DNA of 45,565 bases from Nemertoderma westbladi (Eukaryota; Animalia; Xenacoelomorpha). Position numbers and translations under genes: made by a program. The stretch covers positions 1 through 45,565 of the forward strand of contig JAUCBJ010004447.1 in assembly GCA_032718475.1 (NCBI GenBank), given 5' to 3'. Positions 1 through 11,556 of the stretch are shown here, piece by piece (the first letter of the stretch is position 1; the number at the start of each line of letters is the position of its first letter). The notes under the pieces were generated by a model that did not search any database, was not told the origin of the DNA, and worked only from the letters and a program-made list of their open reading frames with translations.

Positions 1-637
1 AACACATCAGTATGGCAGGTATGTCACCGAATATAAGCGAAATCCGGAATTATTAGCGTCTAATTCTAATAGAGCACCGATACAATATTTATGTACAACA
101 AACATTAACTGCAGCTTGGAAAGACTGTAAATATAAAAAATACTACAAGATCGCTGGATATTCTATAAAAAGTAGCACCCAATATATTATTTAGAAACCA
201 ATAAGCCACTTTTATTGCAAATATAAAAACAATCAGTAAGACCTTCATACCACTAATAAATTAATACTATTTACTTATCTATATATTTACAAAATTAGTT
301 ACACAGTTAAATAATTAAAAAATTATTGCTAAAACAATTAAAATTATGTTTGTACCTCTATTACTTACAGTAACTAGTTAAGGTTTGCATAACCAATCGA
401 GAACTTATAAAGCAAAGGACCGTAGCACAAAAATTTTATAAATTAAATAGAAGTATCTATATATAAATAGATTCATATATTACACATTTACACCTAAATT
501 ATATATATTACCGAAAATATTCTAAAATTAAAATCATCTGAAAATTAAGTGTAAAATATTCCGCGGATTAAAAAATCCTTAAAACTTCCTTTATTATCGT
601 ATGTTTTTCTTTCTAGATATAAAATCGTGTTTAACTT

Positions 638-1750
638 CTACCTCCTGGCCCCAGCTACCCCCTGCCTACAGCTACCCCCTGCCTACAGCTACCCCCTGCC
701 TACAGCTACCCCCTGCCTACAGCTACCCCCTGCCTACAGCTACCCCCTGCCTACAGTTACCCCCTGCCTACAGCTACCCCCTGCCTACAGCTACCCCCTG
801 CCTACAGCTACCCCCTGCCTACAGCTACCCCCTGTCTACAGCTACCCCCTGCCTACAGCTACCCCCTGCCTACAGCTACCCCCTGTCTACAGCTACCTCC
901 TAGTTCTGCTACCTCCTGCCTACAGCTACCCCCTGGCCCCAGCTACCCCCTGCCTACAACTACCCCTGGCCCCAGCTACCCCCTGCCTACAGCTACCCCC
1001 TGCCTACAGCTACCCCCTGCCTACAGCTACCCCCTGCCTACAGCTACCCCCTGCCTACCGCAACCCCCTGTCTACAGCTACCTCCTGGTTCTGCTACCTC
1101 CTGCCTACAGCTACCCCCTGGCCCCAGCTACCCCCTGCCTACAACTACCCCTGGCCCCAGCTACCCCCTGCCTACAGCTACCCCCTGCCTACAGCTACCC
1201 CCTGCCTACAGCTACCCCCTGCCTACAGCTACCCCCTGCCTACCGCTACCCCCTGTCTACAGCTACCTCCTGGTTCTGCTACCTCCTGCCTACAGCTACC
1301 CCCTGGCCCCAGCTACCCCCTGCCTACAGCTACCCCCTGGCCCCAGCTACCCCCTGCCTACAGCTACCCCCTGCTTACAGCTACCCCCTGGCCCCAGCTA
1401 CCCCCTGCCTACAGCTACCCCCTGCCTACAGCTACCCACTGCCTACAGCTACCCCTGCCTACAGCTACCCCCTGTCTACAGCTACCCCCTGTCTACAGCT
1501 ACCTCCTGCCTACAGCTACCCCCTGCCTACAGCTACCCCCTGCCTACAGCTACCTTCTGGCCCCATCTACCTCCTAACTGCGACCCCAGCTACATCCTGC
1601 CTACAGCTACCTCCTGGTTCCAGCTACCCCCTGTCTACAGCTACATCCTGGCCCCAGCTACCTCCTGACCCAAGCTATCTCCTGGACCCAGCTACCCACT
1701 GCCTACAGCCACTGCCAACTACCTCCTAACTGCGGCCCCAGCTACCTACA
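638..1750. repeat. 17-bp minisatellite (GCCTACAGCTACCCCCT), about 65 copies, in the probable 3' UTR of the zinc-finger gene
   Basis: Unit read directly; spurious ORFs have a 17-aa period (3 x 17 nt). It begins just past the zinc-finger stop codon at 1759. A minus-strand AATAAA lies at 590-595. Confidence 0.93.
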
Positions 1751-1758
1751 GACCCCGG

Positions 1759-2082
1759 CTAGCCCTTGACTCCGGCGTGGAACTTAGTGCGATGGGCCGC
1801 CAACATGCTTCCGTACTTAAACTTGGTATCACAAACGCTGCAGACGAAATCGAATTTGTTGTAATGGACCCCGCGGACATGCTGACGCAACTTGTAGGGG
1901 AAGGGAAACGCGGCCCCGCAGATGTCGCAGACGTGTTTCTTGAGCTGCTGATGGACGACGCGGATGTGGAGTGGCAGGTTGTGTTTGGTGACCACCTTGC
2001 CGCACTCCTTGCAAGCCTCGGTCGCCACGCCTGAGTGCACGACCTTGTGGTGCTGCATCAGTGCCATCTTACCCGAGAAAAC
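1759..2082 (-). CDS. C2H2 zinc-finger protein, last coding exon
   Basis: Acceptor ttcttcag|GTT, phase 0. Encodes VFSGKMALMQHHKVVH, CKECGK..HIRVVH, CDICG..HVRGVH, CSVCD..HRTKFH, then stop TAG. Joining to the upstream exon completes the finger CMYCAK|VFSGKMALMQHHKVVH. Confidence 0.9.
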   Translation of the reverse strand, partial: VFSGKMALMQHHKVVHSGVATEACKECGKVVTKHNLPLHIRVVHQQLKKHVCDICGAAFPFPYKLRQHVRGVHYNKFDFVCSVCDTKFKYGSMLAAHRTKFHAGVKG

Positions 2083-2092
2083 CTGAAGAAAG

Positions 2093-5046
2093 TCGCGGAA
2101 AAATGTACAATGAAAACTAAAAGTAAGTGTGGGAAAATATACAAAGAAAATAAAAAGTAGGAAGGGGAAATATACAAGGAAAATAAAAAGTAGGACGGGG
2201 AAATTATACAAGGAAAATAGAAAGTAGATCGGGGAAAATATACAAGGAAAATAAGAAGTAGGTCGGGGAAAATATACAAGGAAAATAAAAAGTAGGTCGG
2301 GGAAAATATAGAAAGAAAATAAAAAGTAGGAAGGGGAAATATACAAGGAAAATAAAAAGTAGGTCGGGGAAAATATACAAGGAAAATAAAAAGTAGGTCG
2401 GGGAAAATATACAAGGAAAATAAAAAGTAGGTCGGGGAAAATATACAAGGAAAATAAAAAGTAGGTCGGGGAAAATATACAAGGAAAATAAAAAGTAGGT
2501 CGGGGAAAATATACAAGGAAAATAAAAAGTAGGTCGGGGAAAATATACAAGGAAAATAAAAAGTAAGTGGTGGAAAATATACAAGGAAAATAAAAAGTAA
2601 GTCGGTGAAAATATACAAGGAAAATAAAAAGTAAGTCGGGGAAAATATACAACGAAAATAAAAAGTTAGTCGGAGAAAATATACAACGAAAATAAAAAGT
2701 AAGTCGGGGAAAATATACAAGGAAAATAAAAAGTAAGTGGTGGAAAATATACAAGGAAAATAAAAAGTAAGTGGTGGAAAATATACAAGGAAAATAAAAA
2801 GTAAGTCGGGGAAATATCCAAGGAAAATAAAAAGTAGGTCGGGGAAAATATACAAGGAAAATAAAAAGTAAGTCGGGGAAAATATACAAGGAAAATAAAA
2901 AATTGGTCGGGGAAAATATAAAAGGAAGATAAAAAGTAAGTCGGGGAAAATATAGAAAGAAAATAAAAAGTAGGAAGGGGAAAATATACAAGAAAATAAA
3001 AAGTAGGTCGGGGAAAATATAGAAGGAAAATAGAAAGTAGGTCGCGGAAAATATACAAGGAAAATAAAAAGTAAGTCGCGGAAAATATACAAGGAAAATA
3101 AAAAGTAAGTGGTGGAAAATATACAAGGAAAATAAAAAGTAAGTCGGTGAAAATATCCAAGGAAAATAAAAAGTAAATCGAGGGAAATATCCAAGGAAAA
3201 TAAAAAGTAGGTCGGGGAAAATATACAAGGAAAATAAGAAGTAGGTCGGGGAAAATATAAAAGGAAAATAAAAAGTAAATCGGGGAAAATATACAAGGAA
3301 AATAAAAAGTAAGTCGGGGGAAATATACAAGAAAAATAAAAAGTAAGTTGTGGAAAATATACAACGAAAATAAAAAGTAGGTCGGGGAAAATATAAAAGG
3401 AAAATAAAAAGTAAGTCGGGGAAAATATACAAGGAAAATAAAAAGTTAGTCGGGGAAAATATCCAAGGAAAATAAAAAGTAGGTTGGGGAAAATATACAA
3501 GGAAAATAAAAAGTAGGTCGGGGAAAATATACAAGGAAAATAAAAAGTAAGTTGTGGAAAATATACAACGAAAATAAAAAGTAGGTCGGGGAAAATATAC
3601 AAGGAAAATAAAAAGTAAGTCGGGGAAAATATACAAGGAAAATAAAAAGTAAGTCGGGGAAAATATACAAGGAAAATAAAAAGTAAGTCGGGGAAAATAT
3701 ACAAGGAAAATAAAAAGTAAGTTGTGGAAAATATACAACGAAAATAAAAAGTAGGTCGGGGAAAATATAAAAGGAAAATAAAAAGTAAGTCGGGGAAAAT
3801 ATAGAAGGAAAATAAAAAGTAAGTCGGGGAAAATATACAAGGAAAATAAAAAGTAAGTTGTGGAAAATATACAACGAAAATAAAAAGTAGGTCGGGGAAA
3901 ATATACAAGGAAAATAAAAAGTAGGTCGGGGAAAATATACAAGGAAAATAAAAAGTATATAAGTTGTGGAAAATATACAACGAAAATAAAAAGTAGGTCG
4001 GGGAAAATATACAAGGAAAATAAAAAGTAGGTCGGGGAAAATATACAAGAAAAATAAAAAGTAAGTTGTGGAAAATATACAAGGAAAATAAAAAATTGGT
4101 CGGGGAAAATATAAAAGGAAAATAAAAAGTAAGTCGGGGAAAATATACAAAGAAAATAAAAAGTAGGAAGGGGAAAATATACAAGAAAATAAAAAGTAGG
4201 TCGGGGAAAATATACAAGGAAAATAAAAAGTAAGTCGGGGAAAATATACAAGGAAAATAATAAGTAAGTCGGGGAAAATATACAAGGAAAATAAAAAGTA
4301 AGTCGGGGAAAATATACAAGGAAAATAAAAAGTAAGTCGGGGAAAATATAAAAGGAAGATAAAAAGTATGTCGGGGAAAATATCCAAGGAAAATAAAAAG
4401 AGGTCGGGGAAAATATACAAGGAAAATAAGAAGTAGGTCGGGGAAAATATACAAGGAAAATAAAAAGTAAGTCGGGGAAAATATACAAGGAAAATAATAA
4501 GTAAGTCGGGGAAAATATACAAGGAAAATAAAAAGTAAGTCGGGGAAAATATACAAGGAAAATAAAAAGTAAGTCGGGGAAAATATACAAGGAAAATAAA
4601 AAGTTAGTCGGGGAAAATATACAAGGAAAATAAAAAGTAAGTCGGGGAAAATATACAAGGAAAATAAAAAGTAAGTCGGGGAAAATATACAAGGAAAATA
4701 AATAGTTAGTCGGGGAAAATATACAAGGAAAATAAAAAGTAAGTCGAGGGAAATATACAAGGAAAATAAAAACTTAGTCGGAGAAAATATCCAAGGAAAA
4801 TAAAAAGTAGGTTGGGGAAAATATACAAGGAAAATAAGAAGTAGGTCGGGGAAAATATACAAGGAAAATAAGAAGTAAGTCGGGGAAAATATACAAGGAA
4901 AATAAAAAGTTAGTCGGAGAAAATATAAAAGGAAAATAAAAAGTAAGTCGGGGAAAATATCCAAGGAAAATAAAAAGAGGTCGGGGAAAATATACAAGGA
5001 AAATAAAACGTAAGTCAAGGAAAATATACAAGTAAAATAAAAAGTA
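2093..5046. repeat. 34-bp minisatellite (AAGGAAAATAAAAAGTAAGTCGGGGAAAATATAC), about 87 copies, filling the 3' part of zinc-finger intron 2
   Basis: Unit read directly; 34-aa period in minus-strand ORFs. It runs up to the acceptor at 2083-2085. One to two inverted copies follow at 5051-5131. Confidence 0.95.
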
Positions 5047-5473
5047 AAGCCTTACTTACTTACTTATTTTCCCCGACTAACTTTTTTAATTTCCTTGTAT
5101 ATTTCCCTCGACTTACAATTCGGGAAAAATACACGCCTAATGTTCACACTGTAATCTTGTGGTACATAGATTATAAAACTTTAGTAAATACAGTAATATT
5201 ATGAAAATAGTATTAAAAAATGCCCGCCAAAAATGCCCGGAATATCCGCTCCGTTCATATCCGGCCAGAATTGACAAAAATCCGGCCGTATATTTTATGT
5301 TATTAGTTGTATGTTATTTTGTTACCTTTTTTTTTAAAGTAAAAAAGAAACAAAATTAATTTCCCCGGCGCCCCTACCTCATATAAATTCAAATTATTAT
5401 ATATTAAACTAGAAAAGCCAGAAAGCTGACTGTAAACGTAACTGTCTAACTCTAAATCGAAATTTAAGATTAA

Positions 5474-5553
5474 ACAAAAAGACCTGATCAGGGATCGAAC
5501 CCAGAACTTTCACACCTTAAGTCTGGCGCTTTACGGAGTGAGCTAACTGAGAT
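5474..5553 (-). pseudogene. tRNA-derived sequence (tRNA pseudogene or SINE head)
   Basis: Minus strand has A-box-like TAGCTCACTCCGTAAAGCG, B-box GGTTCGATCCC and a following T6 run. Anticodon and acceptor stems pair poorly. Confidence 0.6.
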
Positions 5554-5567
5554 AAATCACCAGAAAA

Positions 5568-5638
5568 TGTATTCGATTATAAGGAAGCTGATTCTTTTAT
5601 AGGTGATAAAAGAATCAGCTTCCTTATAATCGAATACA
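5568..5638. repeat. Perfect 33-bp inverted repeat with 5-nt loop
   Basis: TGTATTCGATTATAAGGAAGCTGATTCTTTTAT-aggtg-ATAAAAGAATCAGCTTCCTTATAATCGAATACA. Confidence 0.95.
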
Positions 5639-5675
5639 ATAATGTAATATTTAATTAACAATTAATAATATTTAC

Positions 5676-6116
5676 CTTGGCACAGTACATGCATTCTAGA
5701 ACGGGTTTACTCAGCTGCGGTTTGGCCACACGCGGTCTCGACGCAGCCTTCGTACTACCGGCGCGAGACTCCCCACTCCCGTTGGCGGTGGGACCACCGC
5801 CGGTGCCGTGAACCCTCACCATGTGCTGCACCAGGGCGGCCTTCCCCCGGAAGGACCGCGGGCACTTATCGCAGGCCCACCCCGGTACCTCGGGCTCTCG
5901 TCTAAACGGTTCCATGTGGTACCGCTGGAAGTGCGCGTGCAACAGGGTCCGGTTCACGAAGGATTTATTGCAGACGCTACAGAACCAGGACTGGCCTCTG
6001 TGCAGCGCTTTGCAGTGGGAGACCAGGGAACCCTTGGAACCCAGGAGTTTCCCACAGATGTCGCAGTCGAAGGATTCCTTGTTGTGTATCAACTTCCTGT
6101 GGGCAATGGCGGCCAC
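5676..6116 (-). CDS. C2H2 zinc-finger protein, middle coding exon
   Basis: Acceptor ctccctccctacag|GTG and donor AAG|gtaaat; 441 nt, phase 0/0. Fingers CDICGK..HCKALH, CSVCNK..HFQRYH, CDKCPR..HMVRVH. Confidence 0.92.
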
Positions 6117-6592
6117 CTGTAGGGAGGGAGACGAGGCGGCTAATGGTACTGAATAGTCCTGCATCCTATATACAGTAGACAAGCTATGTTTATCTCTGAT
6201 TGAGATACACCGTCTGTATTATTGGGGGTACGGATAATTCCGACCCAATCAGAGATCGAATAAAAATTTCATGTGTCGGAATTACCCGGATCCAGCGTAG
6301 GACAATTCCGACACAAATAATTTAAAAATAATAATAATAATAAATAATAATTTTATTTAACTACTGTTTTTTTTGTTTTACTATTTTATTATTCTACATA
6401 AGATTGCTGGGTCCATGGATATTTAGATTTATAGACACGTTTGCTATGTAATTTTATAGTTGTATAGTATTTTTCGAATTGGGTGCATTCGGTATACCGA
6501 ACACACCCTCGGTGTGCCCAAAACACACCAGTACTGGTACTAGTGTGTTTTGGGTGTGTTATAAATATATTTAGCTATTAATTAAGAAAAAT

Positions 6593-6956
6593 ATTGTCCG
6601 GGTCGGAATTGTCCGGGTCGGAATTGTCCGGGTCGGAATTGTCCGGGTCGGAATTGTCCGGGTCGGAATTGTCTGGGTCGGAAATGTCCGAATCGGAATT
6701 GTCCGGGTCGGAATTGTCCGGGTCGGAATTGTCCGGGTCGGAATTGTCCGGGTCGGAATTGTCCGGGTCGGAATTGCCTGGGTCGGAAATGTCCGAATCG
6801 GAATTGTCCGGGTCGGAATTGTCCGGGTCGGAATTGTCCGGGTCAGAATTGTCCGGGTCGGAATTGTCCGGGTCGGAATTGTCCGGGTCGGAATTGTCCG
6901 GGAAGGAATTGTCCGGGTCGGAATTGACTGGGTCGGAAATGTCCGAATCGGAATTG
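6593..6956. repeat. 15-bp minisatellite (GTCCGGGTCGGAATT), about 24 copies
   Basis: Unit read directly. Related motifs in both orientations at 6231-6315 (AATTCCGAC, GTCGGAATT) suggest a decayed non-autonomous element. Confidence 0.92.
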
Positions 6957-8032
6957 CTTATGTTTATCATATTGCAATTTAATCTTAGGATCAATTAGAC
7001 TAAAAAGTTACAAACAAAACTTCGAAAGAAGAGTTCTAAATTTTGAGATATTAATTGAATGAGTCGTAATATATTATTAGTGCGAATGTATTTACAGCTA
7101 ATAGGATAACGTAACGACCGACAACCGTTACAAATGTTAAAGGGAAGGGGCCGGTTACTGCGGCAAGTTATTCTAACCAAAACAATAAACTGGAGTGGAG
7201 AGCGCAGGTTCCGCTCTTTTTGTTCGTAATAGCGGTTTCCGACGGCGGTTCTCGGCTGTCGGTTGTCAGCATATCGTTTACACCCAAAATCGTTTGCGTT
7301 GTTGGGAGACACACTACCCACCCATGTCGCGTTACCTATTAACCTGCGGTTGTTGCTCTCCATAGCAACAGACGCCAGGACCAAGTCGCAATGCTAGCTA
7401 GATGTGGTTGTCCGTCCGCATTTCATTCCTAGAAATCGCCTCATTTTATTGCCAAACTGTGGCAATATTTCCCGGATTGATATTTACATACAGACAGAAA
7501 ATATTGTTGAATACAAAAATAATGTGATTTACTTTATATCCCTTATGACTCATATAGACCTCGCCGAAACTCGTTTGGTAACTTTGTACATCTCTGGGTC
7601 AGCGGGATATAGTTAACATATATATTTTCTCCCAAACTTTATAGAGTTTCTCCCTGCGATACGTTGCCATCACCCACAATCCCCGATCACCAGTTCCACC
7701 TCCTGCGGTTCTCCCACTCCCACGATACTTATATAAGAGCCTCTGAATTAGACACGTCACTCAACTCAGCAACAGCTGCTGGCTTCTACTACAGTAAGAC
7801 TCACCAGAAGTACCGGTATTACATACTGAAACTAAAACCTGAATAGTTACTATTTTGAGTAATTTATTCTTATTTTTTTTATATTATATCGGGTTTTAGC
7901 GAATTTAAAAAAAAATTCAACAAAAAAATTAAGCGGGAATATTTATGATTATTTACAAAAACAATTTTCCCATTGTTGTGATGATTATAAATTAGAAAAA
8001 TACCGAAACCGGTCTGGGTTTGATGAACTCAC

Positions 8033-8611
8033 CTTGTTATCGTACTGCTCGCGACAAACATCGCAGTTATAAACGTAGCGACGCGGAAACCCCTGCGGAT
8101 TCGGATACATTCCCAACGGTCCCCCATCGGCGCCGTGTTTGCGCTGCATGTGCCGACGGTAATCGTCGCGAGATACTAGTTGCCGAGCGCAAACGCCGCA
8201 CTGCACCAGCTCCGAGTCGGCAGCTTTAGTCAGCTCGCGAAGCGCCTCGAATCCGTGGCGTTTACGCGTATGCGAGGCGAGCGCCGTCTCCGAGAGGTAG
8301 GAGTTCTCGCAGAGCTTACAAACGAACGAGACGAGCAGAGAGGAGGACGAAGTCTGCAGCAACCGAGGTTTAGCCGCCCCGCGCAATGCCATATGATTGC
8401 TTGGAGGTTCTACACTACCTTGGATTACGTCCACTTCCACGTTGCTTCCTATCCACTCCATTGTTTCTACCGTCAGATATTCTGGTGAAATTTCGGAATT
8501 TTCTCTATCTACGACATCCCCGATAACATTAGTCACGGCAACCGATTCCGCTGGGCCGCTCACAAAGAACGCGGGTAAATTACAGCTGTTCATACTTGGG
8601 TAACTTTCCAT
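8033..8611 (-). CDS. C2H2 zinc-finger protein, first identifiable coding exon (start uncertain)
   Basis: Donor AAG|gtgagt at 8033/8032. Fingers CKLCEN..HTRKRH, CGVCAR..HMQRKH and split finger CDVCREQYDNK|VAAIAHRKLIH. An ATG at 8611 gives a 447-aa, 10-finger protein; an upstream exon cannot be excluded. Confidence 0.8.
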
Positions 8612-8867
8612 TTTCACCAAAAAAATGCGCAGTTTTTTTAGTAGGCCTAGTATCTCGAATTCTACCGTCTGACATCAATAAAACACTGGTACCGGTACAG
8701 TTAAATCCAGTAGGCCTATGTTCCCTGCATATTATTTTGCAGATGATAGGTAGGACAGGCTACTGCAGTATGAGTCCTGTTGTATGCTACCGGTACTTAC
8801 TTTCAGTTTTGCATAGCATTATCTTCGGGCACTTTATTTTAGTGAGTATGGGCCGCTTTAGGTCAAT

Positions 8868-9030
8868 GGGTCCAAAGGTCAATGGGTAGAGTACAACAGG
8901 AAAGGGTACAACGAGACAAAGGGTACAAACCAGCCGATCAAAGGGCACAAAACATGACGTCAAAGGGTACAAACAAAACTAGTCAAAGTTTACAACATCA
9001 AAGGGTACAACGAGTCAAATGGTACAAACA
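8868..9030. repeat. Degenerate short tandem repeat (AAAGGGTACAA core)
   Basis: About 7 imperfect copies, followed by GGTTAGGGTTAG and CCCTAACCCTAA motifs at 9060-9121. Confidence 0.6.
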
Positions 9031-9142
9031 AGGCGGTTATTTAGTTCGTTTATTGTTTTGGTTAGGGTTAGTTGGTCAGGCCTAAACCATAATTAAAACT
9101 GTCATGTCACCCTAACCCTAAGTCATAATTTAGCCGAGAAAT

Positions 9143-9218
9143 TTAGCCGAATTTCTGACATTATTGCTATCTAGGCCCGAAGGGCCGTTAATGGCAATAA
9201 TGTCAGAAATTCCGCTAA
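9143..9218. repeat. Inverted repeat (~28-bp arms) capped by a GGCCCGAAGGGCC mini-hairpin
   Basis: TTAGCCGAATTTCTGACATTATTGCTAT pairs with ATGGCAATAATGTCAGAAATTCCGCTAA with 2 mismatches. Confidence 0.85.
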
Positions 9219-9371
9219 TAAGGATAAATTTTCAAAAATACAAATTTTTCTTACATTAAATTAAAATAAAATACAATCGAAATGCAATAACCTGGCATTC
9301 TTCACATGGGCGCAGTTTTGGATTTCATTTTTAGTGTTTAGCTCTATAGTATTTGTTCGCGATTCGCGCAG

Positions 9372-9858
9372 TGAGGCACATGGGTCCGACTTGTAACCAG
9401 GCACTGAGGCACATGGGTCCGTCTTGTAACCAGGTACTGAGGCACATGGGTCCGACTTGTAACCAGGCACTGAGGCACATGGGTCCGTCTTGTAACCAGG
9501 TACTGAGGCACATGGGTCCGACTTGTAACCAGGTACTGAGGCACATGGGTCCAACTTGTAACCAGACACTGAGGCACATGGGTCCGACTTGTAACAAGGC
9601 ACTGAGGCACATGGATCCGACTTGTAACCAGACACTGAGGCACATGGGTCCGACGTGTAACCAGGTACTGAGGCACATGGGTCCGACTTGTAACCAGACA
9701 CTGAGGCACATGGGTCCGACTTGTAACCAGGTACTGAGGCACATGGGTCCGCCTTGTAACCAGGTACTGAGGCACATGGGTCCGACTTGTAACCAGGTAC
9801 TGAGGCACATGGGTCCGCCTTGTAACCAGGCACTGAGGCACATGGGTCCGACTTGTAA
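9372..9858. repeat. 33-bp minisatellite (GAGGCACATGGGTCCGACTTGTAACCAGGTACT), about 15 copies
   Basis: Unit read directly; 11-aa period in four overlapping ORFs. Confidence 0.95.
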
Positions 9859-10157
9859 CAACGCACAATTGATTTGTTACCCGTCACTCAGATTTCAAAC
9901 CATACCGATAAATGCGATATTGATAGCCCGGGTCTTGTGATGTTAATATTGTCTCTACTGTTTAAATTATAGGTCGCTTTCTTTATCAAGTCGCTAGATA
10001 CACCCGGTGACATAAAGGTAGAAGTTTCAGGAATGTCGACAGCTGACCACTACTCACTACATTCACGTCAGAATACTCGTTACATAAACGATAAACAAAA
10101 CAAACGATTCGATAACAAAATAATGCCAAATTATTTACTCCAAGTTTAACTGAAACG

Positions 10158-10170
10158 GTTGCCAGGCAAC
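10158..10170. promoter_or_regulatory. RFX X-box (GTTGCCAGGCAAC) upstream of the dynein gene; forkhead-type ATAAACA at 10091-10097
   Basis: Matches GTNRCC-N-RGYAAC, 600 bp upstream of the dynein ATG. RFX and FOXJ1 are established regulators of motile-cilia genes. Confidence 0.7.
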
Positions 10171-10757
10171 TATACAAGCACATAACTTGCTGGACACATG
10201 ATATCGACTAATCCATAATCTGACAGTTGGCTGGCATTTCTAATATCATCAGGGCCTACTAACTGCTAGCAGTACCGATGGGAAATTGTAAACTTCTGCA
10301 GCACCGGTACCGGTTGTTGATCATAACACAGGAAACACATTATTGAGGATTTGTTTTGATTCTAATGGATATACACTGTAACTCTACTGACACTACACTA
10401 ACTGACACGGCACGCGGTACCGGTTATGTCAGTATATGCATGCATCCATTGATCTCAATGAGTTTGGGTTTCATTATTATGTAGGGCCTACCGGTAGTTA
10501 TTTCGAGTTAAGGAAGTTCCACGTATTCGTACGATTTACTATTTATTTATTAGGTAGGTATAGTATGTATATACCGGTATAAAGCAATTGTAACCACATT
10601 TAATCTGTTAATACTGTAGCCTTTATCACAAATATATGACCTTATAGTAAATGGTTGCGATTTTAGGATAAAACTCGTCGTTAAATGATAATAATGTAAT
10701 GTCATTGATTAATTAACTAATTGTATATTTGGTACATTCAATCTTCTTGTTCATTAA

Positions 10758-10883
10758 ATGTCAACGACCACCCGGAGTCGCAACATAAAGGCTGCCCACG
10801 AGCAAAGTGAGGAGGGAATGGAGTCCCAGGATAGACTGGTCGCTACAGCCCAGGCCGATCTGATAACTCCACAGGTCGACAAG
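10758..10883 (+). CDS. DNAH6: Axonemal dynein heavy chain 6, coding exon 1 (putative start)
   Basis: ATG..AAG|gtaact, 126 nt open (MSTTTRSRNIKAAHEQ..QVDK), phase 0, compatible with exon 2. Low conservation, so inferred from frame and splice sites. Confidence 0.6.
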
Positions 10884-11105
10884 GTAACTATAGTAACTAT
10901 TTAGTTATGTCTATCACGGTGGTTTATAAAAACATAATATATTATGTTTTTATAATATATATATACATCGGTTACCAGGTATTTATACCGTAAGGTATTT
11001 TTACCAAACACGCATGAAGTTTAAACTGGTAATATCGACAGAGAAAGTTGCGTGCCCGGTCAAAGGCGCGCGGAAACATTATGTATTTAATGGGGGGGGG
11101 GGGGG

Positions 11106-11268
11106 ATCTTTTACAGGTGATCAAAGTAGTATTATTGCCAAATATTTCAACCAATTTATATTATTATAATAATAATTATATATATACTAGACAGGTCTTC
11201 ATTAGTGGCGGCACAGAATCTATCTACTGAAATGTGAAATAATACTACTTTTATAACCTGTAAAAGAT
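11106..11268. mobile_element. Small MITE-like element with ~31-bp terminal inverted repeats
   Basis: ATCTTTTACAGGTGATCAAAGTAGTATTATT pairs with AATAATACTACTTTTATAACCTGTAAAAGAT. Confidence 0.55.
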
Positions 11269-11406
11269 AATTAAACTGGTAATATTTTATGCAGATTCGA
11301 ATCATTATTTAAACATTGTCTATATGAGTAGCATTATTACAATCTCATAAGGTCCAACTCACATTTTTTTATATTCCAAATATAATTTATATATATAATA
11401 TTATAG

Positions 11407-11556
11407 GAGGAGTTGAAACAGCGATTGTATTCGGAAACAAATTCCGAGTTTATGGCTACAAGTCAAGTCAATCCATTTGTTATACGTTTCCACGGTCCAA
11501 CCCCAGCCCAGGACGTTGCTAGGGCAAGACCATCTGGTCCCAACTTGGAACCCTTG
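11407..11556 (+). CDS. DNAH6: DNAH6 coding exon 2
   Basis: tatag|GAG..TTG|gtaagt. EELKQRLY..RPSGPNLEPL resembles the DNAH6 N-terminal KQRV..QPIKLEPL as I recall it. Confidence 0.8.

Noticed and set aside
601-1577. Pro-rich ORFs of 100 and 316 aa
   Set aside because: Translations of the 17-bp repeat, antisense to the zinc-finger 3' region.
1759-5031. Long Phe/Ile/Leu-rich minus-strand ORFs (977 aa, 986 aa and others)
   Set aside because: Stop-free translation of the 34-bp repeat in all three frames. Only 1759-2082 is a real exon, joined in frame to 5676.
5474-5553. Functional tRNA gene
   Set aside because: Anticodon and acceptor stems do not pair properly.
6578-6998. SDPDN and SGSEL repeat proteins
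   Set aside because: 15-bp repeat open on both strands inside an intron whose flanking exons already join to complete a zinc finger.
9261-9940. 33-bp repeat ORFs, or the array as another splice-junction amplification of a zinc-finger 5' exon
   Set aside because: Open in four frames because of the repeat. I could not assign convincing splice sites or homology, so it is left as a plain VNTR.
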